A DNA stretch of 64,000 bases from Tubulanus polymorphus (Eukaryota; Animalia; Nemertea), in assembly GCF_964204645.1 (NCBI RefSeq), contig NC_134026.1, forward strand, positions 23,780,150-23,844,149, written 5' to 3'. Below the pieces are notes generated by a model that worked only from the letters and a program-made list of their open reading frames with translations, made no database searches and was not told the origin of the DNA. This document shows, piece after piece, positions 12,501 through 26,800 of the stretch (position 1 is the stretch's first letter; every line of letters begins with the position of its first letter). Both the position numbers and the translations under genes were made by a program.

Positions 12501-15500
12501 TCAATTTCATTCCACCGGTTGGACAGCCACAAAACTACAATATATGTTAATTAATAGGGCAGATAATCATTATTATCATTATTATTCAAAAAATGTTTTA
12601 AAATACGAAGTAAACTGATAAGTTTTTTCACTTAGTCAGACGGGGTAAATAAGTTTTCCTAGAAGCGGGTCTGATCGGTTTTATAATCAAAGAAATTTGA
12701 AATTCTTTCCCACCTGGAGACCTTTATTTTACTGTTATTATGCAGAAGAAAGCCACCGGAATTCACATTTGTATTTTAATGAATCAAGCTACTAAAATTG
12801 TATTCATAGTCGAGTACGGGAAAAGGAATGCACAATCCATGATATTCGAACATTATGTCTAGTAATATATTCACTATACACTATAGACAGTTGAGAATAG
12901 GTTAAAGAAGCCGATACTGAAAACAACAGTTTTTAAATACATTTTACCACCGGAAAGACACTTATATTCAGTATTAGACGCAAAATGATCGAGAAATTTC
13001 TTTTTTAAAAGTTTTTTACACGTTAAGAAATAGAATATTAAACAAAACCAAAAATATTGTGCCAGTGTGTGTGTATGATAAAGAGTGATAGATTTGTTAC
13101 TGGTTAAAGAGCGGATACTACGGTAAATTGTGTCTATTAACGTGGTTACACTTATAGCTGTACATAAAATGGTACCTTATTAACCGACTTGTCATTACTC
13201 AACGGCGAATGTTTTTCATTTGGCGATGGGTGCATTTGAACCTTTTCATTAATAGTTGCCTGAATGTAACAATGAGGATAGATAGCGATAAATTAAAGCC
13301 GCTATAAAGTCGATGAACGATCATCACGAAAAATGACTAACGATGAATGAATTTTACTCTGGATATAACGGCACATCATCACAGCGCGCCGTGGAGAGCC
13401 GTACTCCGAGATTATCAAAATATTTTGCTACAATAAAAAACGCTGAATCAGCGGTAGCGTAAGAGGTATTACTGGATGATGCCAGCTGTCAGAGATTATC
13501 CGATCATCTTTTAAAGCAGCAGCAAAATCCACAAATAATGCAGCGAATCTATAAATCGGGCGACCGAACAAAGGGTTGTGAAAATGACGTAAAAGGGTTA
13601 ACGAGTCATGTAAAAACCTGAAAATCAGAAGCAAAAATATTTACAGACCAAACCAGAGGTCAGTTCTCTTAATTTGGGATAGAAACCGTTCAGCTTCAAT
13701 TTTATGTCAAATTAAGAGATACATGACTACTGTGTTCTATTAATCATCACTACTAAACTTCTGAAATACGAAAAAAATCTAAAAAAATAAAATGATGAAT
13801 TTAGAAAGCAGCTTGTTTAGTGAAGTGAAGACATTTCGTATAAACCTGAACCAGCAAATGCAACCTAAAATCATAATACGGGAGTAAATACTCGTGGATT
13901 ACAGTTCAGATTCTTAAAATCGACCAGGGGCAAGAGGTTAGAACGAACTTCTATTATTTTCATTCTAAAGTTATAAAGTGTATATTCAGGAGTATATTAA
14001 CTGAAACAGCACCAGATTGCAGCCTGTGAATAGTTGTTACACTGGATAGTTTCCAGATATCCTTGTTTTCACATATTGCAAAGCTTCATCGCTCACCTTC
14101 CTCACAATAAATTCTCTCTCTTGATCATAACTTGTGGGAATTCTTGGAAAATGAACTGTCATTCACGTGATGTTGAAAAGTTCAACAGTATTAAACTATA
14201 TACCTTGCTTGGTATAATGTTAAGTCTTTACTGTGCATAGCATGCTCTTCAATGCTCGTACATGCATCTTCTCAAAAACATATCCTCTATGTATTTTTGA
14301 TCTTATGTATATACGATTTATTTTGTGCAAATAGGAGTAAAGAACAGGAGCTCTTTTACCATTCGACCCCAAGACGAAAGAATTGGCTATACTATTGTAT
14401 AATTTAGGACTATGGAACCATATCTCTTTCCGGATCATCTTCCAGCATCAAAATAAATATTAGTGTATGAAATGCAGTCCTGAACTTCATCCAAACATAG
14501 TGTCTCTGATGACAAATTGACGTTTATGCTACATGATATTATACCAGGCAAAATGATGAATAAGGCTGAGACATTTTGGCTTCCTTGGCACGAAAACGCC
14601 ATTCTGCAGAATAGAAACCCCAATTTTTCTAGTGGAAATACAGAGGGGCATGTGCAAAATTCATTATTTTAGATCAGCTTAATGACAATACATTCCTAGA
14701 CGCTGTTCAAAATATATCTTAAGATGCCAGAAAATGTGTTTCATTCATAAATCCACATGTAATATGCCATTAACTGGTGGAAAAGTTAATAGTGTGTAGC
14801 TTGCTTTAAAACACAAAGTCTATGTTTTTTTTTTTTACTAGAACAGTGGATGGTCAAAGCTGTAAGCCACATTAAAGTTTGAATTACATCAACAAATTAC
14901 GTCAGCAGTACATTCTTCTAGTTATTTGCACATTATGTCTTTAGTACATAAAATGAATCTGTAAACTGAGCTGGGTTGAATCTTTGAATAAGATACTGAA
15001 GCAAAAAAGCTTCAAATCAGACTTAGCACATCCACTGGGTTGATATATATTTACATGAGAAACAGTTGTTTCTTTGAGAAGCGGAAATGACAAAGTAGGG
15101 GATAATTGAATATTAGTAGTATTATTTTGAAGGAACGCCCCTCAATAAACAGCCGGAATGCTGGGTTAGAAAGAGTTATGCAACAAAAGAATGTGCCAGC
15201 AAGAGCGCTTATATACTGTTATAGATACTTACACGATGGGATAATGGCGTTAACTAATAATAAAGACAGAAAAAATATCACTCAAAACTAGTGCAAGATA
15301 CATACATAAATACTACGAAATCATAATACAAAACATGACATGTTTTACTACTAGAACCATGTGTCACTAATGCACGTATCATTTTATTTTTCTACTTATC
15401 GTCACCATTTCTATCATATACAAGAATCCCAAAATGCTATGGACCACTCAACCGATACAGCTTCAGCCGATCAAGTCCTCTGTCCGATTAAGTGAACCCG

Positions 15501-18500
15501 AGAGAAGAAAATGATGGAGAATATCATAGGTAATCACCTGCAAGGGAAAGATATGTGCAGCCTTTTCCATTTTTCTGAACGGAGGACTTGATAAGTTGAA
15601 ACGAAATATACTTCACGAAATGGAAACACTTTTCGATTTTGCCGATGTTGCATATGTTGCATACCAGTATATATAAATCGACATTAAAAAGAACAAGCCA
15701 AGCATGCATGCAGCAGGATTGCTTGTAGTTAGTCTGATTGTAGTCAATAGAAGATAGAGAGATTACGGAATTAGCATACACGCAAATATGATTCTCTATT
15801 TGGTCATAATCAGTCTCCAAATGGTAACAGCAAATGTAATTTGTTGGAAGACGGTCTCTTAGTTAATATGTTAGGAAGGATACCAGGTCCCTTAGGATAA
15901 ATGTATTGGGATTCTTTATGATACATAGAAATCGGTTGAGGTTCACATCAGACATTGATGTATTGGATATAGCTTTTTTCAAATCGAGAGATTTCCGGAT
16001 ATTTTCAGTGCCTGATACTGGCCGAAACTACTAATAAATCAGCGGATACATTGTAGCTATCGATCTGGTTGCCTTTCTCAGGGTTTAGAGATATAGGCAT
16101 GATCTTGTTACTGTAGTTTTCTTGCAACTATCCATCCAGTAGGATATCCCAGCAGATTAATTATTTCTCTGTGATATACCAATATACATCGTCTGTATTG
16201 TATATTACAGGAATGTGAAAGATGTCAGTTCAAAATGCGCACTTCTACCAGCAACACATCAACCCACATCCTGTTTTCATTGTATAACACTTGATATTTC
16301 CTCTTTATTCATTAACGAATCAATTACTAATGGAGTTTTTCAATAGAAATGAGTATGAGTTCAGATGTTTAGATTGATGTAATGCTGAATCGGTGATGAT
16401 GTTATCGTATATGACATCTAAGGCCTATATGTTAATTAGTAACTAAATACTCGTATAGAATTATCTGTTTATTATGAAGGTAGAAAAAGCATTAGTTGCT
16501 GCATGTTACCTGGCTGCTCAAGGAGGTTACGCCTAACCTTACCCGGCTGCGACTCAAGCTCGATGCCGTGGAGCTAATAGAACTTAACGAATCCTGGCTG
16601 CCACTGCGTTCTCTAGCAAGACCAGATCCAGGTAGTTTACTAGTGGACAAACGACGCGGACTTGTGACGCCGTTTGACAATTTGGCGACTTTGTGCACTG
16701 GAGCAAACAAACCATAGAGAGCTTTACATTCGAAGTATCTGTAATTAAAAGAATGATATAATCACATTAAATAATATGAAGAAATAATCGAGTGCCCAGT
16801 AATAATGAGATACATCATACCTTTTGCCAGCGACTGCCCCGTCATTCTTTCCCAAAGGGTCATCGAGCTCAACACCAGCCCATTCACCTTTCGCGAAATC
16901 GGTAGGTCCTATATACCGGAGTGTTCCGGTTTTAGTCCCACTCACCAGAACACGGTCGCCTGATTTTAAACGCGAATCATTTTGCGGCAAACTTGCTGTG
17001 GATCCGGACGGCGATGATTTCGCCGGATTGGAATTAGTATCACTCTTAGCCACTGAGACTGATGAACGTGTGGTTGGTAGTCTGGCTGTCGAGCCATTTT
17101 TAACGGGTTCGCGGCTTAGTTTTGTTACTCGTGAAAACACTCCGAGTTTAGGTTCGCATTGAAAGTATCGCACACCAGCTACGGAGCCGTCATTTTTACC
17201 AACCGGCTCGTCGAGCACAACTCCCGCCCATTCACCGGGCGCGAATTGAGTTTCTCCCAGAAATGCGATTCGTCCGGATTTTGTACCTCCGACCCAGACT
17301 CGGTCCCCAATAATGAAATCATCGAGTTCTTGAAAGTTCTCTTGTCCATCGTCTGAAAGGATAATTTTGAAAGATTTGTTATGTTATGTCATTTACTTCA
17401 GCACCACGTTCAAGATCGTTTAAAGGAATCAGGATCGATATGAAACTAGGAATATGGGAATCTAGAAAATAGGTCAGACCAATATAGATCCAGATTATCA
17501 GCTCACATGTTTACTATCTGCCCTCATTTCAGAATTGATATGGATGTACAGCTACAGTAACTTATAGTAACTGTACATTGTTAGTGGTTATATATATCCA
17601 GCATGATCGAGCAGAGAATATGGGAGAATTAAGTTATATAGAGAATTCGCCACAGCATCACCCTGAGTCTATCTAGTCTCCAAGCTCTATTTACGAGCTG
17701 AAACGTTTTATCAAGAACTCTCCCAGGGAGACAAGATCTTACCCACTAGATTACCCTGCTTAAAACTATATCCGTTTACGCTACTACTATGTATAATCCG
17801 ACGTGAGATGGCTTTGAGTCGCTCCATGATCCTCCTTCTCTATATCCAACTGCTACTGTGGTGAGTACTGACTCATAAAGTCAACTGAAAAACTCTTCAA
17901 GTTGGAAAAGTGGAATAACACCACGTGTACTCCACAAACACAGAGGAGAAATATGGGAGGTCACTTGGTAAAAATGCAAATCAAAGTATCCTGTATCGAT
18001 ATTCCAGTAATGCAGTCACGTTTCCAACAAAATCCAGACATATATCTTTTTAATGTCGGCATTCCCTGCTCGGTAAAAACCATGTTTTTCAAGCGGAAAT
18101 GGCAATCAAATTCTGTCCCATCGTACACATCCACATCCTTCCACTTAGAAAGAGGAAGCTATCACCAGCAAAATGCGTTTGCATGATTTTTAATTACATT
18201 AATCATCAAATAGGTCATAAACCGTGGGATAGCGTAAATCTACTAAAAAATTGATCTATATATTTCTGCCAACCAGTAATTTGTTTACAAAATGGAAGAG
18301 AGGCCTGGATACACAATCTGCATCGATTCAGATACAAATAACTGTATAATTAAGTCCATCACTTTCTGCTTTATATGGAACAGACTGTTTTCTTTTTGAA
18401 ATTATTGATTTGTAAGTTCTAATGGGTACATACAATACATCAATGATTAGTTTAAAACCCACTATATGCAGAATATAAAAGATTAAAAATGACTACACCT

Positions 18501-19763
18501 GTTCGTCTTTTACAGAGAGTCTGAAACGTTGAGTCATTTCATATTAATATTTGATAAATAAAATTCTTTTTTAATCTATTAATTTCTGTATTTAGTTGGT
18601 TCAAACTTGATGTCGATTCTCCAATGTCAGAGTGTGGTTATTCTTACAGTGCCTCAATCAAGATTTTCAATCTCCAAAGGCTAATCACAACAAAACAAAA
18701 TTCGAAACTAATTCTCTAAAGGGTCTCCCACTTTTCTGACAAGATGAAGAATGCAGTTAGGTAGGCTATCGCAGCATTGATATCGCAATACAATTTGTAT
18801 TGCATACTGTCACGAATTCAATGTATGTACTGATGGTTACTTGTTGAGATTTTCAGATTGACAATTGAATTTGTGTCATTGAGATGTATAAATCTTGAAT
18901 GAAACTCAAATGAACCAAAAAACCAACGTAAAAAGTGATGTGCTATTTGATAAAATAAGATGTGCTCACCACTAAACATTTGCTAAAAGTAACTAATGTC
19001 CGTGTTTCATTTACCTCGAAATATTTTTAAACAATATTTTGGAAAAGTATAAATCTTCAAGCCACGGATCTCTATAATTGTTATCTATGATAGAGCACTG
19101 GATCTTCATTATAATCACTGAAGGGGTAGTAATGAAGTTGGTAGAGCTAGTAAATCTATTTTTCACACTGTAGGGTCCAAGCCAGTAATAATTACACATA
19201 ATAACTGGCAAAGTTAGAGCCCACCACAGTGCCTAATCATGCCATCATTTCCTAAAAGAATAGTCAGTGGTTAGAAAGGTCTATAAATTCAATTGTATAG
19301 GCCTACGTCTATAGCCTAATAGCATGTGTATCATGATGATACCCTGGTTCAAAATGTCTGCATTAATGCATTATGTTCAGTACTAATATGAGATTAACAA
19401 CCCATGTTTTCCATCAATGAAAAAAGGGATATTAGCTAGGCCTACTACTGACATTACATATTTCAGGTAGACCAGAGCAATATGAATCATAAGATTAGGC
19501 CTGTGAGAAGGCCTATGAGATAATGATTCAACTGTGCTAGGCTGCTGTCTTAATACTACTACACTTAACGCTAGGCCTATAGCCGATACAATCCCGAAGT
19601 CTGGTAAAAAATAATAAATAATCAAGTTCAAGGCGAATGATCAAGTTACTTATTACTTAAAGACCAGTTACTCACTTTTTGGAGATGGTAGACTTTCCTT
19701 TGGTATCACAGAAGCCGGCTTCCCAATCTTAGAAGGCGCTTTTAATCCTGAAGTTCTATTCAT
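576..19763 (-). CDS. CLIP1: CAP-Gly domain-containing linker protein (CLIP-170/restin/CLIP-190 orthologue), multi-exon
   Basis: First coding exon 19676-19763 reads [16 protein letters not shown]. Two CAP-Gly domains with GKNDG motifs lie at about 16510-17353. The hallmark [27 protein letters not shown] lies at about 11243-11341, followed by many coiled-coil exons. The C-terminus has two zinc knuckles ([32 protein letters not shown]) and ends in the EEY/F-type DDEQTF* (stop 576-578). Confidence 0.93.
2212..2240. repeat. (TA)n microsatellite in a CLIP intron
   Basis: Run of atatatata... Confidence 0.85.
4174..4311 (-). CDS. Candidate alternative CLIP cassette exon ending in a CaaX motif
   Basis: Acceptor tttttacag and donor gtaag; 138 nt, phase 2-2, open in the CLIP frame: [45 protein letters not shown], then TG. 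The next exon (3215) begins with A, giving TGA. Confidence 0.6.
8165..8301. mobile_element. Short palindromic MITE in a CLIP intron
   Basis: Imperfect terminal inverted repeats of about 30 bp (ACTTGGGCCAGTCGCTCAAAAAGTTGGTT versus the reverse complement of AACCACCTCTTGAGCTACAGGTCCCAGGT); the inner arms also pair (gtgga/tccac). Confidence 0.6.
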
Positions 19764-22700
19764 GTTGACAATTAATCCAACTATCCATGCATTTCAAAAT
19801 ATCCTTGAAGAAAAGAAAGTAAAAATGGCTGTAAATTTTAGAAAGAGTATGAATTTCTAACTATATTCTATGACTTAAAACAATGGTCATACTAGAAAAC
19901 CGTGGTAAAAAAACTCAAAACCGGTGGTAAAAACATTGGAAGATATTGTTTATCATTTTATTTTAAAAAATGACCTGGAAGGAAATGCATAGGGATCTAT
20001 ACCATACGCTATGCTTATCTTATTGCAACTAATCAAAAGTGTACGTCCGACATCATGTCATGTCAAAGACTAGTATTATTACAACACAAACATTGATTAA
20101 CAATATGGAACCATTCAAAATTACCAAACAACTGTAGCCTAGTACAATAAGCAAGAGCAGAGATTTCAAGCGGGATGTAATTAAAAAACACTCATGATTT
20201 TAATCTACATGTGTTATCAATTGATCTGGCTGGAAAATAAATACTTTTGAATGAACTGTTGTTAGAATAGATGAAGAATGAATTAACTATTGAAATTTTC
20301 GTTTTTTTGGTTGGTTAGCATTGCCAAAAATTCTACACGAGCGTTACCTAAAATCTGAGTCGTTAAGTAATGTCGCACTTATGTATTGATCACATCAACA
20401 ATATAGATTACTGCAGTATTAGCAAATAAACGAAGAAATTCATCGTTTAACTGTCAAAATGTAATGACTCAATCTTCGTTTTTTACTCGTAAATGGCTTC
20501 CGTGTTTTCAGTGCTGCCACCTATTGAGCATTGAATTGAATTGAAGCACTCCATGGCAATTCAATTAAATTTTGGGATTATTGAATCAAAAGAATATTGA
20601 ATCATCAGATTATCATAACAAATTCAATAAATGTGCATCTGTTCTGTTGCTGTCGTTAAAATCTGAGCTGCGGGTGGTTGAACGGAATCACCCTCCTCAC
20701 TTGCCACACAGAAGAAAGGAGCCACCCCAGTTGCTGCCAGGGGCTGAACGGCGCCGCCCTTATCACTTAAACAGCACCATTTACCACCGGCCATTCAGTG
20801 TCGTCTCAGCCCGAGACTCAGGTCTTCCAGACTTCTTCTCATTAATAATTTTAGAACTCAGGGAGCCATAAATTCGCGAACTCACACGAACTCAGTCTCC
20901 GGATCTGGGAATCAAGAATATCATCCCGAGGGTTTCTACATTTGTTCCAAAATATGGATTTAGTTTTTATTTTTTCGACCACAAAATTTGCTTTGATATT
21001 TCTATAACTATGCAATCTTTTTAACCATTGGCCTGAAACACTCCGGGAGAATCCCACACTGATGACTGCGAGAAAGATGAAGTCCGCCGAAAAATTCGAC
21101 GAAATATACAGCTATAGAAAATAAATATACGTTTTTTATATATATCGTGTTTTCTTTATTAGATGTATTCGGAGATTTGATCCTTGACACCAAAAAAATG
21201 ATAATTTTGTAACACTCGCGTCAAGGTGGGATGATGAGCCTTGTGACTTTCTTCGACATCATCCTAATGGGGATCTTAGTGACGGCTTAATTCCAGCGCC
21301 GTAATCAATTATCATTTCTTGGGATCTCTTGTTCATTTTATACATGATCGGGCAAACACCATTATTCAATCAAAGAATATAATGGGGCATGATTATTGTC
21401 TTATTCAAACAAATATGAATTCATTAGTTGCTTACATCGTGCCTTGCCCTCGCCTTCACCCGAGTAATCTCATATGTCTAGTAAATTCGATCAAAGAAAA
21501 AATGGAGATTAGGCTCAACCAGTTTTATGATTAGGGGAAATGCTTCCAAGATAAGAACGTGTATACTTTCATTCGCAGAAAAATACCGTAATCCAATATA
21601 TGTTTGAAGAGAAACAGCGGACGGGAAGTGTGTGCAAATAAGGAAATAACTGTATCGTGAAAAGCATCGATCTAACCTAATCTATAATTATCTTCTAAAT
21701 AACACACTTCCTGAATAGCAGTCGCGCACGGAAAACTATTTACCCAACAGGTAGTTTACGCAGAGTAACCTGAGCGAGTACAAATTAAAAGTAGACGTAG
21801 ACACGACGACAGTTTTATCTAGAGAAAACATTTTCCACTGAATTGATCTTTCATCTCATGTTTGATAAGCGCCGTAGATTTCACGGGTTATCGTGCCATT
21901 CTATTTATAAATTTGAAAAAATAATTCTTAGATATTTTTTTAAATCGATGATTACGGTTTTCGCTCGTTTGAGTTAGTTTCACCATGGCTTCTGCAATAA
22001 TCATTCAGTTGTTAAGTTTCACGTCCAGACACCTGCAAAACTTGTAGATTGTGACTGGTCAATTCAACAAGATCTTACACATTTTGACACCGTATTTCGG
22101 ATCCGAACTATGGGGTTTTTCATCGGTAAGCTTACAATATACACAGCGACCTTGTCTAATGTAATTTCATGAATCTTGCAATGAATGGAATCAACGGACC
22201 GGTTTCGCAGGAAATCAATTCTATTTGAAGCGGACGATGCGAGAGTAATAAATGTAGATAAGAAACTCCTGCCAAAGGGATGCTGTACATAAAATCAAAA
22301 TATGACACGAACAAAAACGCTGCGTCAGGTGATGTGAATTATTATCGTCACTGATTATAAAAGCTGAATCCTCGGTGACGAGCCGTTAGCATACACGCTG
22401 AAATATCTTATTAGGAGCTTGAGTTCCGTAAATGCTTGAAGTGAGTGTGCTCTCTACTTTATTCTGAAATCCATGACAGTCGCCCAACAACGAAGAAGAC
22501 GTGCTCGTATGGGAATTAATGGAAAGACATTTTATTGCTGTCACTGTTCAGACGAGACGCATGTTCAAGAAGCCTTGCGCTGTCTCTCGGTAGCACCGGA
22601 AGATCATTTACTTCGTACGCAACTGTGATCATAGTTAATGACACCCTTGCTATCATTTCATCACCCTTACGTCTTCAAACTTGATGCACTTGTGTCCAAC

Positions 22701-23829
22701 GTAAAATTCTTTCCTTACCATGAAATCTATTCTGTTTCTAATTCGCGGTGTTTCTGCCTTCAGTTTTACTACCTGAAAACGTGCAGCTCTTCTTGAAACG
22801 ATTTATAGATTAATATTATTCTTAAAGTAAATAATTTTCCATAACTTGAGAATGTAAAACTTGGATCTTTATTTCATAAATATGTCTCGATTTCTTCATT
22901 GATTTAAGAGTTCTTGTTTGTGAAACTAATCGCAATGTCCAGGTGATTTTCATGAGAGAAGACGTTATTAATCTGCGAGTCGCCGTGACATTCTTCAAGT
23001 AATGGTCAGGGCAAATAGAAATGATGGAAAAATGCAAAATGGTGTTTTTGTGCAGCAGGTATAAACGATTAATTAGTATCCAAGGCAACCGAGTTGGGAA
23101 AGTACATTGTAATTTCGGGGATGCAGCACCGTCACGTCGATTCAGGAAGATTATTTCATTTCTCTTGGATGTCTTACGAAGACGTTGATCGTTTTACTCT
23201 AAAACGTGATGATCAGGAAATTGATACGTAATATCGGTTTTGTGCGCTAAAAGATGAAGTGACACTTAAAATGAATCGTCTATCGCATTATGAAAAAGCC
23301 TGTTTAACTTTGAAGTACCATCATCTTCGACGAGGCTAACTATATATACGTTTTGCTATTTGGAATTCTACAGTTATTCATTCCAAATACGTAAGATAAA
23401 ACTTGGGAACGTGATTCATAAGACAACGTAAGTTATTTCTGCTAAACAACTTTTATTTTCAAAGTATATCTTATTCCAACTAAAATCTAGTTTACAATCG
23501 GTATAATCGCTTGTTGAATAATATAATTCGTTGACGTCAATAGCGTTTAAATAAACAATATAAACAAACTATTTTGAATATGTGATATAATAACATGTGC
23601 GCACGCGCGTACGTTATAATCATCCTAATCATCATTCTTCATTGGTTGGGCTCCTTAGTCAATTCATGGAATCTAAAACGATTCAGAATCATAAAAATTA
23701 TCACTTTTAAACAGAAATGAAACGTTTTCGATCATGGTATTCGTGAAATGAAATGTTTTTTTTGTATTGATAATATATGTATGTATTTGCGATGTGTTTG
23801 TTGCAGTATTTCTGTCCTTGCTGGTGAAA

Positions 23830-26800
23830 ATGGATAAAAGCGCTAAAGTCGCCCCTCTGCGGAATGCCAAGGACGAAAGGATGTCAACAATTTTGACGTT
23901 GCAACACCTTACCGGTCGTAAAGCTACGTGTTTCTTGTGCGATGGTAATCCAATCACTGAAAGAGGAAAACGAATACAAATGATCAATGTTCTCTTTCTT
24001 ATCAGTGCCCCATTTATTATGCTGTTTGCATTGTCATTTGCTACTCTGTACGACAACATCATCAAACTAACAATGACCCAGCGGGTCCAGAATGAGGTCG
24101 TGTCAAGCATGCAATATGGACAGGTAATTCATAAATTACAGTTAGAACGAGGGACAACGGTTCGTTACGAAATCACAAAAACTGCCGAGATATTTTCAAC
24201 TCTTTTCGACAAGTACAAGGCCACGGACGAGGCTTTGAAAGTTCTGACGTCATGGCCCGGCGACATCGACAGATCCGCTGGTTTTCCAGTAAACAAGGCT
24301 ACTTTGCGCGAGTATCTAGACAAACATCGGCAGCATGTTAATTCTTCGCATTACATGGATGAAATGAGATTTTATACCTCAGTTATTACCGAATTTCTCA
24401 ACTGGGTAGTGCGTGCCATCAAAACCGCTGAAGGATCTAAAGCCGGGAACCCATTGGTGGCTTATCATATGATAGTGATGAGCAAAGAACAAGCGGGAGT
24501 AGAAAGAGCGCTAGGTTTTATATACTACACATTTGGTAAGTAATAAGAACAAATCTATGAACGATAATTAAGATTGTCATCGCCGGAGCCGAATCGAGTA
24601 TCCACAGCAATTTTTTCAGTGTTGTTAGAGATCGGCTTTTGCAAAAATCGTTTGTCTATTTGAATCTTGATTTCGCAACATTCAGGAGCCAAACTAGCTT
24701 TATGGGAAAAGGGGCGCATATGGAATATAGGGCCATTACTAACGCGCGTTTGTGAAGTAATCGAAGCGCCGAAACGCGGTTATCTGGGGGACCTCTCCCG
24801 AGAAGATTTTGAAAAATGGTGCATTCTTAGCACTGTCCTGGTTGAAATTAGTAATGAACCCACATTTCACAATTGTCTATTTCTATTGGGAAGAAAATTC
24901 TAAGGTCAATAGGCCGAATGAGGGTGGCGCCCTATGCACCTCCTGGATCCGCCCCTGAATTATTCATCTATTTATTTGAATCTCGAAAATATTTTAGGGA
25001 GATTCCAAACAAATAAGGAGTTTATGATGTTTCTTGAAAAGGATGCTCTTAGTCAATCGTACATCGGTCGCTGTAAGCAGTACTCAGAAGATATATGCGA
25101 ACGGATGATGAACAAATATATGAATCAGTCGGAGACGGGGACCGTTATCAGAGAGATGCGATCCAATATCTTAAACAATAGAAACACCACCATCGATTAC
25201 GTAGCGACTGGGGAGAATTGGTTTGGAAACATGACAGATTATATAAACAATTTACAAGATATCCAATCGAAGCTGGCATTTGAAATTGTGAGAATATTGC
25301 AAAAAGAAGGCAACTCGGCAATGAAACGAGTGGTCAGCGCGGTAGTCGCCGTTATTCTCGCAATCATTATCGCGCCGGTTTCTTTCATTTGCATAACGCG
25401 AATTTTGAAACAGATTCAAGGATTCGCTTCGCACTTGTCGGAAAAGTCCGACGAGTTGGACATCGAACGAAAACGCACGATTCGATTGCTATATCAAATG
25501 TTGCCGAAATCAGTGGCGGAAAAACTGAAAAATCGCGAGCCGGTCATCCCAGAGAGTTACGACGCTGTGACGATATTCTTCAGCGATATCGTAGGTTTTA
25601 CTGATATAAGTTCGGAAAGTACGCCCTTGCAGGTGGTAGACATGCTGAATAATTTATACAGGACGTTTGATATTAGAATTGACATGTACGACGTATATAA
25701 AGTGGAAACTATAGGTAATGTCTTCTGCAAATTCGAAATATTTTGGGATGTTATTATTTCTACATTACAGCCCCATCAAATCAAAGATAAATAGATAATT
25801 TGAAATTATGCGCTTAGTTTTCGAACTTACGTATCAAAGTATTCAAGGAGTTCTACGAAATTATCTCTACTCACGCGGGATAATCATAGTGATATAATCA
25901 ATATATTTGTGACTACATGCTACACTAAAGATCAAAGATGAAACCGCACGTTTCAATTGGTGGGAATTAATAAGCAACGCAAAATTTTAATAGACCATCG
26001 CTACACGTAAACGGAGAAATTTGAAAATTTCAGGTGACGCGTATATGGTAGTGTCAGGGTGCCCGGATAGAAATGAAGATAAACACGCTTACGAGATAAG
26101 TTGTATGGCGCTAGATTTATTGCGCTCGATGAAGGAAATCGTCATTCCTCACCGGCCCGGTGAAATTCTGAAACTTCGAGTTGGGATCCACACAGGTACG
26201 AGGCCAGCCACTCGAAATCTGTTTCACTGTTGTCTCTAACTAAATTGATATATACGCGATTTATTTTGACGCACTTTTTCCCGGGATATTTGAAACATTT
26301 TTCACTAGGTCCGTGTGTAGCAGGAGTTGTTGGATTCAAGATGCCGAGATACTGTCTATTTGGTGATACAGTAAATACTGCCTCACGAATGGAGTCCCAT
26401 GGACAAGGTATCATACACAAATGACAGCTTCGTGTATCACTCCATCACAATTCAATGAACGATATACATATGAAATAATTTCAGCTCTGAGGATACACCT
26501 TAGTCCAGCAACGTTCGCGGTACTTGAAGGCGATGGAGCGTTTGATATGGAGCCACGTGGAAAAATTGAAGTCAAAGTAAGTGTCCTCCGCTGATCTGGA
26601 TTCATTGGCTGTGGGTCCTATCCTCAGAGTCTTACACAGGTTTGGTTAATCCAGAATGTTAGACCCTTATTAAGATCGGTCAGAATCTGTATAACGTAAA
26701 AATAACAAAAGTTATGATTCGATTCATATACTTTATTGTACATGTATTTACAGTCAATGTCCGTTATACTGCCATCCTTTTTAATGCCACTGCACTCTCA

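Noticed and set aside
13428-13634. Minus-strand ORF as an additional CLIP exon
   Set aside because: The acceptor phase does not fit the phase-0 intron, and the in-phase reading hits TGA immediately.
16496-17356. Plus-strand ORFs over the CAP-Gly exons (likewise 23673-24110 and 35774-36169)
   Set aside because: They are antisense shadows of real coding exons with no independent protein features.
20665-21100. RNase P/MRP RNA
   Set aside because: Only scattered short word matches; the conserved regions are not in the required order.
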